Origin: a virus | Lineage: Duplodnaviria > Caudoviricetes | Reading direction: 5' to 3' (one strand) | Virus record (IMG/VR): IMGVR_UViG_3300021400_000063 | Length of the DNA stretch: 64,000 nucleotides | Shown: piece after piece, positions 21,006-33,100 of the stretch | Layout: each line of letters begins with the position of its first letter | Numbering within the stretch: the first letter of the stretch is position 1 | Notes under the pieces: generated by a model | Told to the model about the DNA's origin: nothing | The model's input: the letters and a program-made list of their open reading frames with translations, nothing else | Database searches by the model: none | Program-made: the position numbers and the translations under genes

Positions 21006-22283
21006 ATGAATGCTGTAGATAACTATGGTGTATATAGAAAACTTGAATGGGATAAAATAAAAGACGATATTTTAAAACTTGCAGACCCTAAAAATGTTAC
21101 TCGTTCTTTTTTAACTGAATTATTTTCTCGCGGAGCACAGACTCAAGATGAAGATGGTAATATTACTATGAGCCCCGCAAAATATAATGTGACTGATTAT
21201 TTCGATTTACCAGCAAATATTCTTTTAAATCAACCTAAAGCTATTAAAGATACAACTATTGGAGTTTTTATTTTTAATGCATTTATTATAGCAAATGCTT
21301 TTGGTAATAAGTTTGAATATATGAATGTAACAATGGGTAAAGATAATTTTGGTAAACTTAATTCTAAATTAGGCATGCTTCTTATGGAAGGTAAAATATC
21401 AGTTGATGAATTCGCAGTTTATCAAAATACTGTATGTTGGATGGGATATAATACTGAAATTTTTACACCTGGTGTATCAGCAGCATTAATTATTCCTAAT
21501 CCAGAAGTTAAGAAATTAAAAGAACAGTTGCTCAAAGAACATCCAGAATTTCTTAAGAATGAAGTTATTGATAATAACGTTATTGCTAATTATAAAAAAT
21601 TAATCGAAGACCCATTAGTAAATAAAGCTAAAGAAGAATTAGGAAAAGATCCATCGTTCCGACTCTATGAAGTTAAGAAACCTAATTTTGGTAATAACTA
21701 TAAGAACTCTGTTATTGAAAATGGTCCTATGATGGATTTAACAACTGGTAAATTCCGTATTAATAATAATGCATTTAATGATGGAATTACTCCTGAAAAC
21801 TTTGACCTTATTGCAAATAAAGCTTTGTATGCTTCATATTCTCGTGGTGTTAATACTGCTAAAGGTGGTACATTTGCTAAATATACAAACGGTATGATGC
21901 AAACTGTAATACTTGATGTTAAAGGATCAGATTGTGGTTCACATGGCTATTTAACTTATGATGTTGAAAAAGGAAATTGGCAAAGTATTTTATTTAGATA
22001 CGCATTGATTAATGGTAAAGAAGTTAGATTAACATCTGATATATTACAACAGTTAATTGGTAAAACAATTAAAATTCGTACACCTTTATATTGTAAAGGG
22101 AAGAAAGCCGTATGTAATAAATGTGCTGGAGATTCATTTTATATAATGAATATTAAGAATATTGGATTAACATCTAGTATTCCAATGAATGCTTCTCTTA
22201 ATAAATCTATGAAAAAGATGCACGATTTAACTATCAAAACATACCCTGCAAATATGAAGAAATTTATTCAATTTGATTCATAA
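21006..22283 (+). CDS. rpoC: RNA polymerase beta' subunit, C-terminal part (probably virion RNAP)
   Basis: Bridge-helix-like 'RGVNTAKGGTFAK', 'SDCGS', Zn site 'IRTPLYC...VCNKCAG', trigger-loop-like 'NKSMKKMH'. Confidence 0.85.
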   Translation: MNAVDNYGVYRKLEWDKIKDDILKLADPKNVTRSFLTELFSRGAQTQDEDGNITMSPAKYNVTDYFDLPANILLNQPKAIKDTTIGVFIFNAFIIANAFGNKFEYMNVTMGKDNFGKLNSKLGMLLMEGKISVDEFAVYQNTVCWMGYNTEIFTPGVSAALIIPNPEVKKLKEQLLKEHPEFLKNEVIDNNVIANYKKLIEDPLVNKAKEELGKDPSFRLYEVKKPNFGNNYKNSVIENGPMMDLTTGKFRINNNAFNDGITPENFDLIANKALYASYSRGVNTAKGGTFAKYTNGMMQTVILDVKGSDCGSHGYLTYDVEKGNWQSILFRYALINGKEVRLTSDILQQLIGKTIKIRTPLYCKGKKAVCNKCAGDSFYIMNIKNIGLTSSIPMNASLNKSMKKMHDLTIKTYPANMKKFIQFDS

Positions 22284-22362
22284 AATATAAAAGAGAGGGT
22301 TAAAATCCTCTCTTTTTTTATATTAATCGATACATACATATATACTTTAAAAGGAGAAATTT

Positions 22363-22659
22363 ATGAATATATTTCTTAAAATATACATCATAGTAATGGC
22401 TTCATTTGGTACAATTATTACATTATGGTTATTTTTAGGTTTAATATATATGATCTTTAAAAACGTTAAAGTTCGTAAAGAAACTAAAAAACAACTAACA
22501 GAATTTAAAGAAGCTATTGCTAAATCTGGTATGGGTAAAGATCTTAATAGACCTTTAACAGAAGATGAAAAAGAACTTCTTAAGAAAACTGGTAAATTAG
22601 AATTTACTGAAACTTTAGATATGGAAACACTTAATGTAAAGAAAGAGGTTAAAAATTAA
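22363..22659 (+). CDS. small membrane protein
   Basis: N-terminal TM helix, AAGGAG SD; TACA-N6-TATA at 22331. Confidence 0.75.
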   Translation: MNIFLKIYIIVMASFGTIITLWLFLGLIYMIFKNVKVRKETKKQLTEFKEAIAKSGMGKDLNRPLTEDEKELLKKTGKLEFTETLDMETLNVKKEVKN

Positions 22660-22868
22660 TGTCTAAATTTACAAGTGAAAATGCTTTTGATAAATATAAT
22701 GATTTCGATAATATTTGTAATAATTCTTTGAAAAAATCTAATGGTTTAACAGATTTTTTAAAAGTTACAACTTCAAATGGCGATTCAGATGTCTATGACG
22801 GTAAAGGGAATAGATTATCTTTTAAAAATGAAAAAGAAATGTATAACGAATTATGTTTTAGAACATAA
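22659..22868 (+). CDS. hypothetical protein
   Basis: TAATG coupling with the upstream gene, GAGG SD. Confidence 0.65.
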   Translation: MSKFTSENAFDKYNDFDNICNNSLKKSNGLTDFLKVTTSNGDSDVYDGKGNRLSFKNEKEMYNELCFRT

Positions 22869-22922
22869 AATCAATTATATATTTTTACAATAATTAAGAC
22901 TGAGAAAAGGTAGGTAAGTAAG

Positions 22923-25340
22923 ATGGCTAAACGTAAAATTCCAAAGAACGTTTTAGGTTTCAACATTCCTGAAGATTTTGAAGAAAAATATGATAAACAA
23001 GAAATGTATAAAACTATTATACAAAATAAGAAAATATATGCAATTACAACTTTTGCACGTGCTGTACCATATGAAAAAGATGGTTTGATTGATATTTATC
23101 GTAGAAGTCTTTGGGATATGATTTTTAATGATAATAGACATAATAAACCATATTGTAAATCAGCAGAAATTGTCGGTGGTATTCTTGGTAAATGGCACCC
23201 TCATGGAGATGCTTCAGCTTATCAGGCAATGGTTACATTAGCAAAAGATTTTACAAATAACTATCCATTAATAGATGGTGCTGGTAACTGGTCTAAAGTA
23301 ACTGGTGACCCTGCAGCGGCTGCACGTTATACAGAATGCCGTCTTAGTAAATTCTTTGATGACGTTTGTGAAGATATTCGTCCAGAATGTGTAGACTTTC
23401 AGCCAAATTATAATGCTAAATATCAGGAACCTTGTTATATCCCATTTAAGATTCCTATGTTACTTGTAAATGGTTCATATGGAATTGCTGATTCTTATAT
23501 GACTTCCGTAATGCCTCATAACTTAAATGATGTTGTAGAAGTATGTAAGAAATATATCAGAGATAAATCTATTGATTTGATTGAACTCTGTGAAGATTTT
23601 TATCCAGATTGTCCTAATTACGGAATTATCACAAATGCTGAAGAAATTGAAGCTTGTTATAAATTAGGACTTCCAGCAAATGTAAAGATGAAAGCAACTC
23701 TTGAAATTAATAGGGAAGAAAATACGATCGTAATTAAAGATCTTCCTTATGGAATGACAGAATTGGATGTTTTAAATGCTTTGAAAACTCAAAACGAAAA
23801 GAAACATGCTGTTCTTAGTAAAGTTATTAAACTTATCGAAATGAAAACAGAAAGAGAAGGTGAACTTCATATTGAGTATGATGTTGAATTCGATAAGAGC
23901 GCTAACATTCTTGAAGTTGCTAGAGATCTTGAAAAATATTGTCTTTGTAAAACTGTTCCATGTTCAATGATTGAATTCGACGGTTCATTTGTTCATAATG
24001 TTTCTATTAAGAAAATCATTGAAAAATGGTATGAAACATTATATACAACGAAGACACGAAAAATTCAGTATCAGTATAATAATATTGCTACTAGAAAACA
24101 TATTATCGAAGGTATGATTAAGATTTATGATCATATTGACGAATATATTAATTTCGTAAAAACATCTTCTGGTCAGGAAGATTGTATCAGATATCTTACA
24201 AATAAACATGGACTTACTGATATCCAGTCTAAAGCTATTACAGAAATGCAGAGTTATAAGTTTAGTAAACTTTCTAAACAAACACTTATTGATCAAGTAG
24301 CAGAGCTTCAGACAAAACTCGATGAACTTGATGGAAAACTTCTTGTAATAGATGATGAAATTATTGCTGATCTTGATAAAATTAAAGCAGCTTATGGACG
24401 TCCTAGAAGAACATTAGTACAGGATAATGATGAATTTGATGAAGCAAAATCATCAACAATTCCAATGTCTAATGGTGCTGTAATTTGGACAAGAAATCAA
24501 TATTCAATCTTTGATTTAAATGGTTTACTTAATAGTAAAAATCTCATTAATGGATTACGTTCTGTTAAAGTTGATGGTAAAGCTGTAAAAGAAATTATAG
24601 GTTTGAATAATGTTAATTCGGATCTTAATTCAATTATTATGTTTACAAATGATGGAGCAGCTAAACGTATTGATGTTTCTGAAATTGTTGGTACTAATAG
24701 TTGGATTACAATTTCTGATGAGCCTATTATTAAATCAGTTATTCCTGTATCATCTGAAGATGAAAAAATCATTATCGTATCTGATGATTCTAAGATTCGT
24801 ATAACAACAGTAGATCAGTTTGGTAAACAATCTGTAAAGGTTGGAGGAGTTGCTCTCGCTCAGAAATTAAATCCAAATTGTGATTATGTAATCTTTATGA
24901 ATTCTAAAGGTGCTTATCATCTTATTAAGATTTCGGATATACCTGAACTTGGAAGATCTGCAAGTGGCGTAATGATTGATTTCAATGATGATGTTAAAAA
25001 TGTTGAAATGGTTCAGATTGAAAGAGATTCTGATGAAATGCTTATTTGTAGTGTAGTAGATACATCTGATGGATCTACATATGTTATGAAAGGTGAACAG
25101 AGTCTTCTTGAAGATACTAACCGTGTTAATAAACCTAAGAAGTTATTCGAATTGGATAACAATTTTAAAGTTACAAATGTAAATAAAATTGATATATCTG
25201 ATAAGAATATGAAAAATCTTCTTATTGGTAAAAACAACACCGCTACTTTAGCTAATCTAACAGTTCGTCTGTCAGATATGGGTAAGGTTCCTAAGAAAGT
25301 ATCAACTGATACAGTTGGTATTGTTAGTTATAATCTATAA
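22923..25340 (+). CDS. gyrA: type IIA topoisomerase subunit A (GyrA/ParC-like) with C-terminal beta-pinwheel region
   Basis: RAVP..DGL...RR, KSA.IVG..GK.HPHGD, catalytic 'AARYTE', 'PHNL', CTD repeat 'IPELGRSASGV'. Confidence 0.92.
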   Translation: MAKRKIPKNVLGFNIPEDFEEKYDKQEMYKTIIQNKKIYAITTFARAVPYEKDGLIDIYRRSLWDMIFNDNRHNKPYCKSAEIVGGILGKWHPHGDASAYQAMVTLAKDFTNNYPLIDGAGNWSKVTGDPAAAARYTECRLSKFFDDVCEDIRPECVDFQPNYNAKYQEPCYIPFKIPMLLVNGSYGIADSYMTSVMPHNLNDVVEVCKKYIRDKSIDLIELCEDFYPDCPNYGIITNAEEIEACYKLGLPANVKMKATLEINREENTIVIKDLPYGMTELDVLNALKTQNEKKHAVLSKVIKLIEMKTEREGELHIEYDVEFDKSANILEVARDLEKYCLCKTVPCSMIEFDGSFVHNVSIKKIIEKWYETLYTTKTRKIQYQYNNIATRKHIIEGMIKIYDHIDEYINFVKTSSGQEDCIRYLTNKHGLTDIQSKAITEMQSYKFSKLSKQTLIDQVAELQTKLDELDGKLLVIDDEIIADLDKIKAAYGRPRRTLVQDNDEFDEAKSSTIPMSNGAVIWTRNQYSIFDLNGLLNSKNLINGLRSVKVDGKAVKEIIGLNNVNSDLNSIIMFTNDGAAKRIDVSEIVGTNSWITISDEPIIKSVIPVSSEDEKIIIVSDDSKIRITTVDQFGKQSVKVGGVALAQKLNPNCDYVIFMNSKGAYHLIKISDIPELGRSASGVMIDFNDDVKNVEMVQIERDSDEMLICSVVDTSDGSTYVMKGEQSLLEDTNRVNKPKKLFELDNNFKVTNVNKIDISDKNMKNLLIGKNNTATLANLTVRLSDMGKVPKKVSTDTVGIVSYNL

Positions 25341-25419
25341 ACGATTAAAAGATGGGAAGTATTATTCCCATCTTTTATTTATATATTTTCATAAAAATAT
25401 AGAGGAGGTTTAGTTATAT

Positions 25420-26574
25420 ATGAAATTACCATTTTGTGAGAGTGCTCCGAAGTTTGGTTCTTCGGTAAAAGATGTAGATGGTTTTAAATCATATAACAGA
25501 TTTATAGTATTGTCGTCCGTGACTTCAACTACTATTCCAAATATTCTTGAAATGTTATTTAGTTTGACGCCATTTGGTACAAGTTCTTTTGCACCAAATA
25601 CAAAAAAGACAAGAGTATTAGTTATTAATACATCAGAGGTTTATGGTTCCATTCACGGTATTGTTGATACTAGAAATAGAAATGTTTTTATTCATCATGG
25701 TGTAGCCGATTGTGATATTGAACAAATTGATGGCGATACACCTATATTGTTTACAGACATTGACTGGAATGTTATAGTTGATAAACCTGATGAAATTATG
25801 AGTGGTCCTTCTTATAAAGGATTAACAACAGTTCAATTATCATACGATATCACTTCACGAGGATATGAAATTACTCGTGAAAGTTCAAGAGATCGAGATA
25901 TTTTGATTCCTTTACCAGAATACTATGATGAAAAAGACATGATTATGCTTGGTGGAATTGAAGAATCATACGGACAGCATTTGTTCGATTTAAATGAAGA
26001 GCAGTATGATATGAGTACTGAACAGTATGTAAATTCTTTACATAAAACAACATTGAATCAGTTGATGGATGACCATACTAAAGTATATAAATTGAATATT
26101 CGTATAGAGAATCTTTCATCTAAAATAATTACAGATGTAAGTTATAATGAGCAATTGAATAATACTATTACTGAAATTTGTAGTGAACTTAAATATGGTT
26201 TGGAACATAGCGGATATTCATATGCTGAAATTATACTTAGTGGAAAACAAGGATATAATATAACTTTTGAAAAATTAAGGTCATATTTAAATTTGTCTCC
26301 TATCGAAGTCCGTGCTAATTTTATGATGTTATGTGGAGATGTTGATAGAGTTAATGAAATATACATGTGCGATCAAAATGATTATTCGTTATTAATCACA
26401 ATGGATCATGCAAATGTAAAAGTTTGTATTGTTGATTTAGCTCCAAATATTAACACATTTAATGTTAATAAAACAGATTCGAATGTTAAAGGTCTTTCAG
26501 AGCAATTAAAATTTAATAATCCTGGTTTATGTGAATTTCATGCTGCTATGGATAGAGATCATTCTACTTTTTAA
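25420..26574 (+). CDS. hypothetical protein
   Basis: 384-aa ORF, AGGAGG SD. Confidence 0.85.
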   Translation: MKLPFCESAPKFGSSVKDVDGFKSYNRFIVLSSVTSTTIPNILEMLFSLTPFGTSSFAPNTKKTRVLVINTSEVYGSIHGIVDTRNRNVFIHHGVADCDIEQIDGDTPILFTDIDWNVIVDKPDEIMSGPSYKGLTTVQLSYDITSRGYEITRESSRDRDILIPLPEYYDEKDMIMLGGIEESYGQHLFDLNEEQYDMSTEQYVNSLHKTTLNQLMDDHTKVYKLNIRIENLSSKIITDVSYNEQLNNTITEICSELKYGLEHSGYSYAEIILSGKQGYNITFEKLRSYLNLSPIEVRANFMMLCGDVDRVNEIYMCDQNDYSLLITMDHANVKVCIVDLAPNINTFNVNKTDSNVKGLSEQLKFNNPGLCEFHAAMDRDHSTF

Positions 26575-26611
26575 ATGATTTATATATTAAGAATTTAAAG
26601 AGGAGTAAAAT

Positions 26612-27739
26612 ATGAAATTAAATACTTGGAACAAACCGACACAATTTTTAAACAATGTCGGGTTTGAATTAGAGCAAAGTAATATCTTAGAAGCACATCG
26701 ATACATCTATCTATTCTTTGCTCCAGAAGACATATTGAATCATCAAAACAATACAAACATTCCGCATAATCAGATTTATGGAAAAGCTATTCAAATAAAT
26801 TTGGCTATAGCGGGATCTGATGAAGAAATCAGTGTAGTTCCATGGATGAGGTGTACAAATGGAACAACAATGTATGCTTGTATGTATACTTATGATGTAA
26901 TGTTTGATACAGATATATCTAACTTTGTAAGTGCAAAATTTACATTGTTAAATGGTATGGCGGTATCATCTACAAATGATTATTCATTACATAAAACAAT
27001 GTCTAATGGTTCAGCATTATATTCTAAAGATTTACGTGATAAACCTGATATGAAAACTTTATTAGCAGCTAAAACTTTGGAATATGCTCCATCAGTTCCA
27101 CCTCCACAGTATTATACACCAACTCATCAGAATCTTTCAGAAAATGAAGTATATTGTATAACATCATTGGAAACAGCAATTCAATTTGAAGGACAAGAAC
27201 TTCTTGATGATTATACAAGAATTTCAGTAATGAATGTTTTGGATATTGATACTATGGAAAATAAAATGCGTGATAAATTGTATCAGATTAGGGCTGCTAG
27301 AAACAATCCATTATCAGGTGTAACCACTTATGATAGTACAGCTTTATCTGATCAATTATTGTTCCAGGAATTTGAATCCATGCAAAATGGTTATACTTAC
27401 ATTTATGATACTAACATGGGTGTAAATATAATTAAAACTGGAAAAGCATTTATTCCATTTGGTAAATGGCAATTCCAAGAAAAAATGGTTAATGATCTTG
27501 AAACTACATTGGATAGAATTAAATTCCATTGTAAACAGATAGAACGTGAACATGGTCCTGTAAGATTAATGTTCACACCATTGTATTTTGGAGATAAATT
27601 GGATGCGGTGTTTAAGGATTATAATCCCGACAATCAACCAATTTTAAAGAATAATGTAAATATCGATAATGAATCGAAAATTAAGAATGAAATATCTACT
27701 GAAATTTTCGATGCACAACAATTTCAAGAAGAGGAGTAA
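26612..27739 (+). CDS. hypothetical protein
   Basis: 375-aa ORF, GAGGAG SD. Confidence 0.85.
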   Translation: MKLNTWNKPTQFLNNVGFELEQSNILEAHRYIYLFFAPEDILNHQNNTNIPHNQIYGKAIQINLAIAGSDEEISVVPWMRCTNGTTMYACMYTYDVMFDTDISNFVSAKFTLLNGMAVSSTNDYSLHKTMSNGSALYSKDLRDKPDMKTLLAAKTLEYAPSVPPPQYYTPTHQNLSENEVYCITSLETAIQFEGQELLDDYTRISVMNVLDIDTMENKMRDKLYQIRAARNNPLSGVTTYDSTALSDQLLFQEFESMQNGYTYIYDTNMGVNIIKTGKAFIPFGKWQFQEKMVNDLETTLDRIKFHCKQIEREHGPVRLMFTPLYFGDKLDAVFKDYNPDNQPILKNNVNIDNESKIKNEISTEIFDAQQFQEEE

Positions 27740-27742
27740 AAT

Positions 27743-27961
27743 ATGCCACCAGAAGAAGTACTTACAAAAGAATTGTCTTATGAAGAATCTATAAGAAAAG
27801 ATGAACGACAAAAAGTGTATGAGGAGATTATCAAATATTGTGAAGAACAAAAATCAAAATTGATGAATCTCTCCATACCTATTAGAAACATGCCAATTTC
27901 CGTATTAAATAAAGTTATCGAATTTTGTTGTGATAATGAAACTGATGAAATTAAATGCTAA
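27743..27961 (+). CDS. hypothetical protein
   Basis: 72 aa, GAGGAG SD. Confidence 0.7.
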   Translation: MPPEEVLTKELSYEESIRKDERQKVYEEIIKYCEEQKSKLMNLSIPIRNMPISVLNKVIEFCCDNETDEIKC

Positions 27962-27977
27962 GTTATAGGGGGATAAA

Positions 27978-28952
27978 ATGGCTTACAGAACTAAATACCA
28001 CAATCTTATTTGGAATAATTATCTTAATAAAGTATTTGACTTTATTGGATTAACAACTGAAAGTTCGAGCGGATGTTCAAGAATTAAATGGGTTGGTTGT
28101 GATTATACAAAAAATAATAAACCTGTTCCTGCTTACTTTATTACTACAAAATATGATAAAGATAACAAAGTTGATGTTCAGAAAATCAATGTTCTTATTA
28201 AATCGCAGGATGAATTCTTTAACTATAAAGCTAACAAAGATCATTATGAGTATTTCAATCCAATTATTAAAAATAAACAGATGTTGAAATTACTTCTCAT
28301 GATGACACCAATTATCTATGAAAGATATTGTATTACTGAAGATTCTGATGATGATTTGAAAGAACTTGTAGACATGATTGTTTCTGATGAACGAACTGTA
28401 ACTCAGGAAGAAATTGTAAATCATGTTAATGTAAAACAATATCCTTCTGTTACAGGAGATGATGGTGAATTAGTGTATTCATTTGGAATGGATATAACTC
28501 GTGATAATGGTGAAACGTGTCATTTTACAGCATCAAGTAAAAACAAAAGTGTTGCGATTCTTCTCCTCATGATAAAGACTATTGAACTTATCGATGGCGA
28601 AGGTCCAGATCTTGATGAAAGTTATTTCGAACCAATTGAAACTGAAATTGAAGAACTATTTGAAGAATATGCTAAAGAAAGAGAACGTAACTATAAAGAT
28701 CTCAAGAATGTTGTAATTGAGAAAGAAGTTACAGATTTCTCTCAAGATCTTTCTGAAGATGATATCGCATTTGTTAACGATACAGATGATCTCATATCTC
28801 CTAATATGTCAGCTGAAACTGAAGCTAAACTTGTTGAAGAAAATACTGATAAAACTGGAACTATTAGCCTTTCTAATGTTTATCAGAATGTTATTCCAAT
28901 TATGCCAAAAGATTCAGATGATGAACCTGAAATGGATTTTGCATTTATCTAA
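27978..28952 (+). CDS. hypothetical protein with acidic C-terminus
   Basis: 324 aa, GGGGG SD; terminator at about 28961-28999. Confidence 0.85.
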   Translation: MAYRTKYHNLIWNNYLNKVFDFIGLTTESSSGCSRIKWVGCDYTKNNKPVPAYFITTKYDKDNKVDVQKINVLIKSQDEFFNYKANKDHYEYFNPIIKNKQMLKLLLMMTPIIYERYCITEDSDDDLKELVDMIVSDERTVTQEEIVNHVNVKQYPSVTGDDGELVYSFGMDITRDNGETCHFTASSKNKSVAILLLMIKTIELIDGEGPDLDESYFEPIETEIEELFEEYAKERERNYKDLKNVVIEKEVTDFSQDLSEDDIAFVNDTDDLISPNMSAETEAKLVEENTDKTGTISLSNVYQNVIPIMPKDSDDEPEMDFAFI

Positions 28953-28999
28953 TAATTAACAAAAGAAGTAGGAGATTAATTTCTCCTACTTCTTTTTTT

Positions 29000-29013
29000 A
29001 ACAATTTAATATA
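29000..29013 (+). promoter_or_regulatory. putative late promoter
   Basis: AACAATTTAATATA. Confidence 0.6.
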
Positions 29014-29057
29014 TCATTAATTTGATTAATAACTGAAACCGGAGATTTACTAGAGTT

Positions 29058-30032
29058 ATGAATACTTTATTTTTGCAAACTACGACACCTAATCCTATTA
29101 GTTCAGAAGCTATTAATCAAGTCCAATCTATCGTGAATACAATGGCATCTGATGCATTTCCAAAAGCATTCGGATTCTTGTGTTTAATTGTAGTAATTAT
29201 TTTTTTATTTTTAACTTTTGTTGCTAAGATTTTTGAAAAACTTCTTTCAAAAACTGAATACATTAAACTTGGCTTTTTAACATTTAAAAATAAAAAACAT
29301 ACAGATAATGAAACTAAAATCAATAATCACGAAATTGATATAAATATATTTATTCGAATACTCGATGTTATAATGACTGCTGAATTAGAAAAATTCTCAT
29401 CTGAAATTATAACAGCTACAAAAGATATTCGAAAAATAGAAGATACTTACGACGATCAAGCACACAATATTTTTAACAAAACATTAAATACTGTTAAAAC
29501 TGAATATCACGATAGATTATTAGTTGTTGCTATGAACACAACTGGATTTGATTTACTTAAGATTAAAAATAGTAGAGAATATTTCTTTATCTTAGACTTA
29601 CTGCGAGATTTTGAAATAGATTGGCTTAAGTGTTCAAAAGAAATAACTAGACGAAATGGGTTTGTCGAATTTTTAAATGATAAAAATAAATCTAAAGATT
29701 ATATTGAGGAATTGCAAGAATGTATCTTTCAATGTATAGATTCTCGTAAACTTGATATGACTGAAATTAAACGTGATGAACTTGAAGAATCATTAAAAAC
29801 TGTAAATACAGAAATGTATAATTCTCTTGAAAAGATGTTTACTAATTTAGCTAATCTTAAAAAATCAATGTTATTAAAACGTGAAGCTAAATTGAAATAT
29901 ATTGATGATACTGTTAAAAATTCAGCTACAAATATAATTACAATAATTAAAACACGTATTTTAAATAATATGATTAATGACACTTTACAGCTACAACATC
30001 ACGAAACTTCTAAGAATAATACAGATTTATAA
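29058..30032 (+). CDS. membrane-anchored helical protein
   Basis: 324 aa; TM helix at about residues 36-58. Confidence 0.8.
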   Translation: MNTLFLQTTTPNPISSEAINQVQSIVNTMASDAFPKAFGFLCLIVVIIFLFLTFVAKIFEKLLSKTEYIKLGFLTFKNKKHTDNETKINNHEIDINIFIRILDVIMTAELEKFSSEIITATKDIRKIEDTYDDQAHNIFNKTLNTVKTEYHDRLLVVAMNTTGFDLLKIKNSREYFFILDLLRDFEIDWLKCSKEITRRNGFVEFLNDKNKSKDYIEELQECIFQCIDSRKLDMTEIKRDELEESLKTVNTEMYNSLEKMFTNLANLKKSMLLKREAKLKYIDDTVKNSATNIITIIKTRILNNMINDTLQLQHHETSKNNTDL

Positions 30033-30091
30033 ATATAATAAATTCACACTGATCCTAGCTTTATGCTAGGATCTTTTCTTTTTTAGGCGTT

Positions 30092-30105
30092 GACAAACCT
30101 ATATA
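30092..30105 (+). promoter_or_regulatory. putative late promoter
   Basis: GACAAACCTATATA. Confidence 0.6.
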
Positions 30106-30125
30106 TTTATATAATGGAGTTTATT

Positions 30126-33100
30126 ATGGGTATTAATACAAACTCATTTGAAAATTATAAAAATACTGTTGAAGCATCTGAAAAAGGTGGTTTTTTAAGT
30201 AAATTAAAAGGCTTCGGATTAGATTCACTTGGTGGTCTTGACTCATTTATGGGAAAAGACATCATAAATGCAAATAAATTATTAAAATCTTTTAAAGGAT
30301 TTAATCTCTCTGATATTCTTTCGAATTTAGGAGGATTTTTCCAAAACTTAGCGCTTTCAGCATTAGATATGTTGAAAGATATGGGTATGGATGCCCTGAG
30401 ACAACTTCAAAATGCTTCTATAAACTTTGCATCAAATCTTGTAGAAGATTTGTATAATAATGTACGTTCGATGATGTATATTCCTGATAATGCTTTTGCT
30501 TTAACATTACAAGGTTTATATGAAGCTGGTGCAGATTTAGCATATAACGATCATTATATTCGTTCTTCAGCTTTACAAAGAGATTGGACTATAAGTTTAA
30601 AATTTATAGATGATCAATATGGTATAGATTATAATATTCGAGATTATAAAGATCTTGAAAAAGATTTAGCTATATGTGCTGAACATTCATGCGTTAATAA
30701 TTTGTACTATATATTCCGTAAAATATACGATCAATTAAATGATGTTCGATCTGATATAGTTGTATCAGAAACATCTTTAAAACCATATTCAAATACTATT
30801 AAAGGTTTCAAGCTTGTATCTTATGATGAAATACCTAATTGTGATAATCTTTATGTACAAATTGGTGAAGAAAAAACTAAAATTAATAAAGATACTGAAC
30901 AAGGTATAAACTTTATTCAAAATCATAAAGATATGGATTATTATACTGAAACTATAATCGATTATGAAGGTATAGCTAATGGTTTGTATTTAGGTTATAA
31001 CTATGAAACAATTGAAACTAAAAACGATGTTGAAGCTAAATATAATGCTTATTTAGAGAATGTTAAACTTGTAAAAAATATAGAACGTTTAATGTTAGTT
31101 TATTTTAAATCATTAATAGTTCATAGTTATACATATTTAAATGCTTCTTCTGTACAAAAATTCTTTTCTGATTTTGATACTGTTCTTTTACCTAAGTATT
31201 ATGGAAAAACTGATGATAAATATAATGGAACATACGCTTTTACACAAAATGATTGTTTAATAATGATGCCTGATTATAAAGGCAATGATGTTACTAAAAG
31301 TGATATGTATACCCAAGAATTATTAACTCAAAAAAATAATGAATATATCGCTGTATCAGGTGCTAGATCAGAAGCTTCTAAAGCTGCTATGGAAGCATTG
31401 GAAGCTAAAAATGCTGCTAAAACAACTACAGCTTCTGCAGCAGAAGCTGGTACCACTGGAGCTATAGCTAAAATTAAAGCATTTAGAGCAAATGCAATGG
31501 AAGCCGTAGCAAAAAATCAAAATGTTTCATATACAGCTAATATTAAGAATGGAATATCTAAAACACTTCAAAATAATTCTAACAGTTTATGGAATAGATC
31601 TGGAAGTGGAATTAATGCTAAACAAGATAGTAAACGTATTTCTTCTATGTATGATCGTGATGTTGTTAAAAAATATGAACTTGTTGGAAGTTTATCTGAT
31701 GCATTGGATGAGATAGATTTTTTAAATAAAGATACTGAATATATTGTTTTAAGAAATAAAAATATTAAACAAATTTATGCTCTTTTAGCTAATCCTACTA
31801 TTTATGGTAATAATAGAATGGTTAATGATTATTTCTATAAACGTTGTCAGATAAAAACAATGAATACTTTAAATCAATCATTAGCTAAGGCTGGAAGTAT
31901 TTTAGGTTCATCTTACGCTGTACAAGCGCTATTTGATCTCGAAAATGCTGTTGATTCATCAGCATATGTATATCTTAAGAAAGTAGAAAACTATCTTTTA
32001 AATCCTAAAGAACACTCATATTATGGTATGGACACTATGTTTAGTTCTGGCAATAATATGTGGACACAGTTTGGTGATTATTTTAAACAAGCATATTCCT
32101 GGGACGATTCTATAAGCGATGATCCTGAATTAGAATCTATTATTGAAAAACTTTCAGAAGTTTCAAATACAACATCTGACACTTCTTCAAAAACTAGTGT
32201 ATCTGAAATTGATCCTATAAAAGATTTAACTTCTGAAAATGGTGCTAATGGTGAAACTTATGCAGAAATATTAAATCAATTAGATTCTGAAAATACTGCA
32301 AAATTATATGTTGATAATGTTGTTAGATTTATGTCTGAAATTTCGATGTTGGATCTTAGAGATATGTTAGTTAAATATCTTACAGCTTTCTACAAATATA
32401 TGAAAGCTAGAGATTATGAACCTGATACATATTTCGAAACTCTTATTAAATCAATGTCTGGTATTGACGGAATTACACATTATGATGATTTAAATTCCAA
32501 AGTATTTAGTAAATCTACACATAAAACATTATTAGCTAATGGTAAATTCTTAGTATCTATATATGCTTTAAAGAATTCTTACAAATATTTCTTAGAGAAT
32601 GAAAAAGATACAAATAAAGAAGAACTTACTAAAATTTACAATCTTGTATTTGCTATGGGTTCAGCAGATATTCAAATGAGTGGAACTATAACAGGATTGT
32701 ACAAATTTGATAAAGAGCAATTAAATTCTCTTGTAAAAAGAAATTTCTTTACATCTATAGACCATCTTAAATCTATAAATGATAAAACTAAACCACTTAT
32801 TAAAACAGCTCCAAGATATAAAGATAATTTAACCAAATCATTTAACTATAAATTCGATTTACGTGGTATATCAGGTTATAGTTTAGATAATGATAGAATT
32901 TTATATGTACCAGAAAATAGTACTGGAGATTGGAATTCTATAGGTGTAAGTAATGATAAAGAAATTGGATCTTTCTTTTGTAAAAGTAATATAAATGGTG
33001 ATGGTAACGGAATTTATAGAAGAACTTATGAAGGAACTACTTTAAATAGAATTGATGTAGTTTCTAATTCTGGAACAAAAATCACAGATAGAGAATTCTT

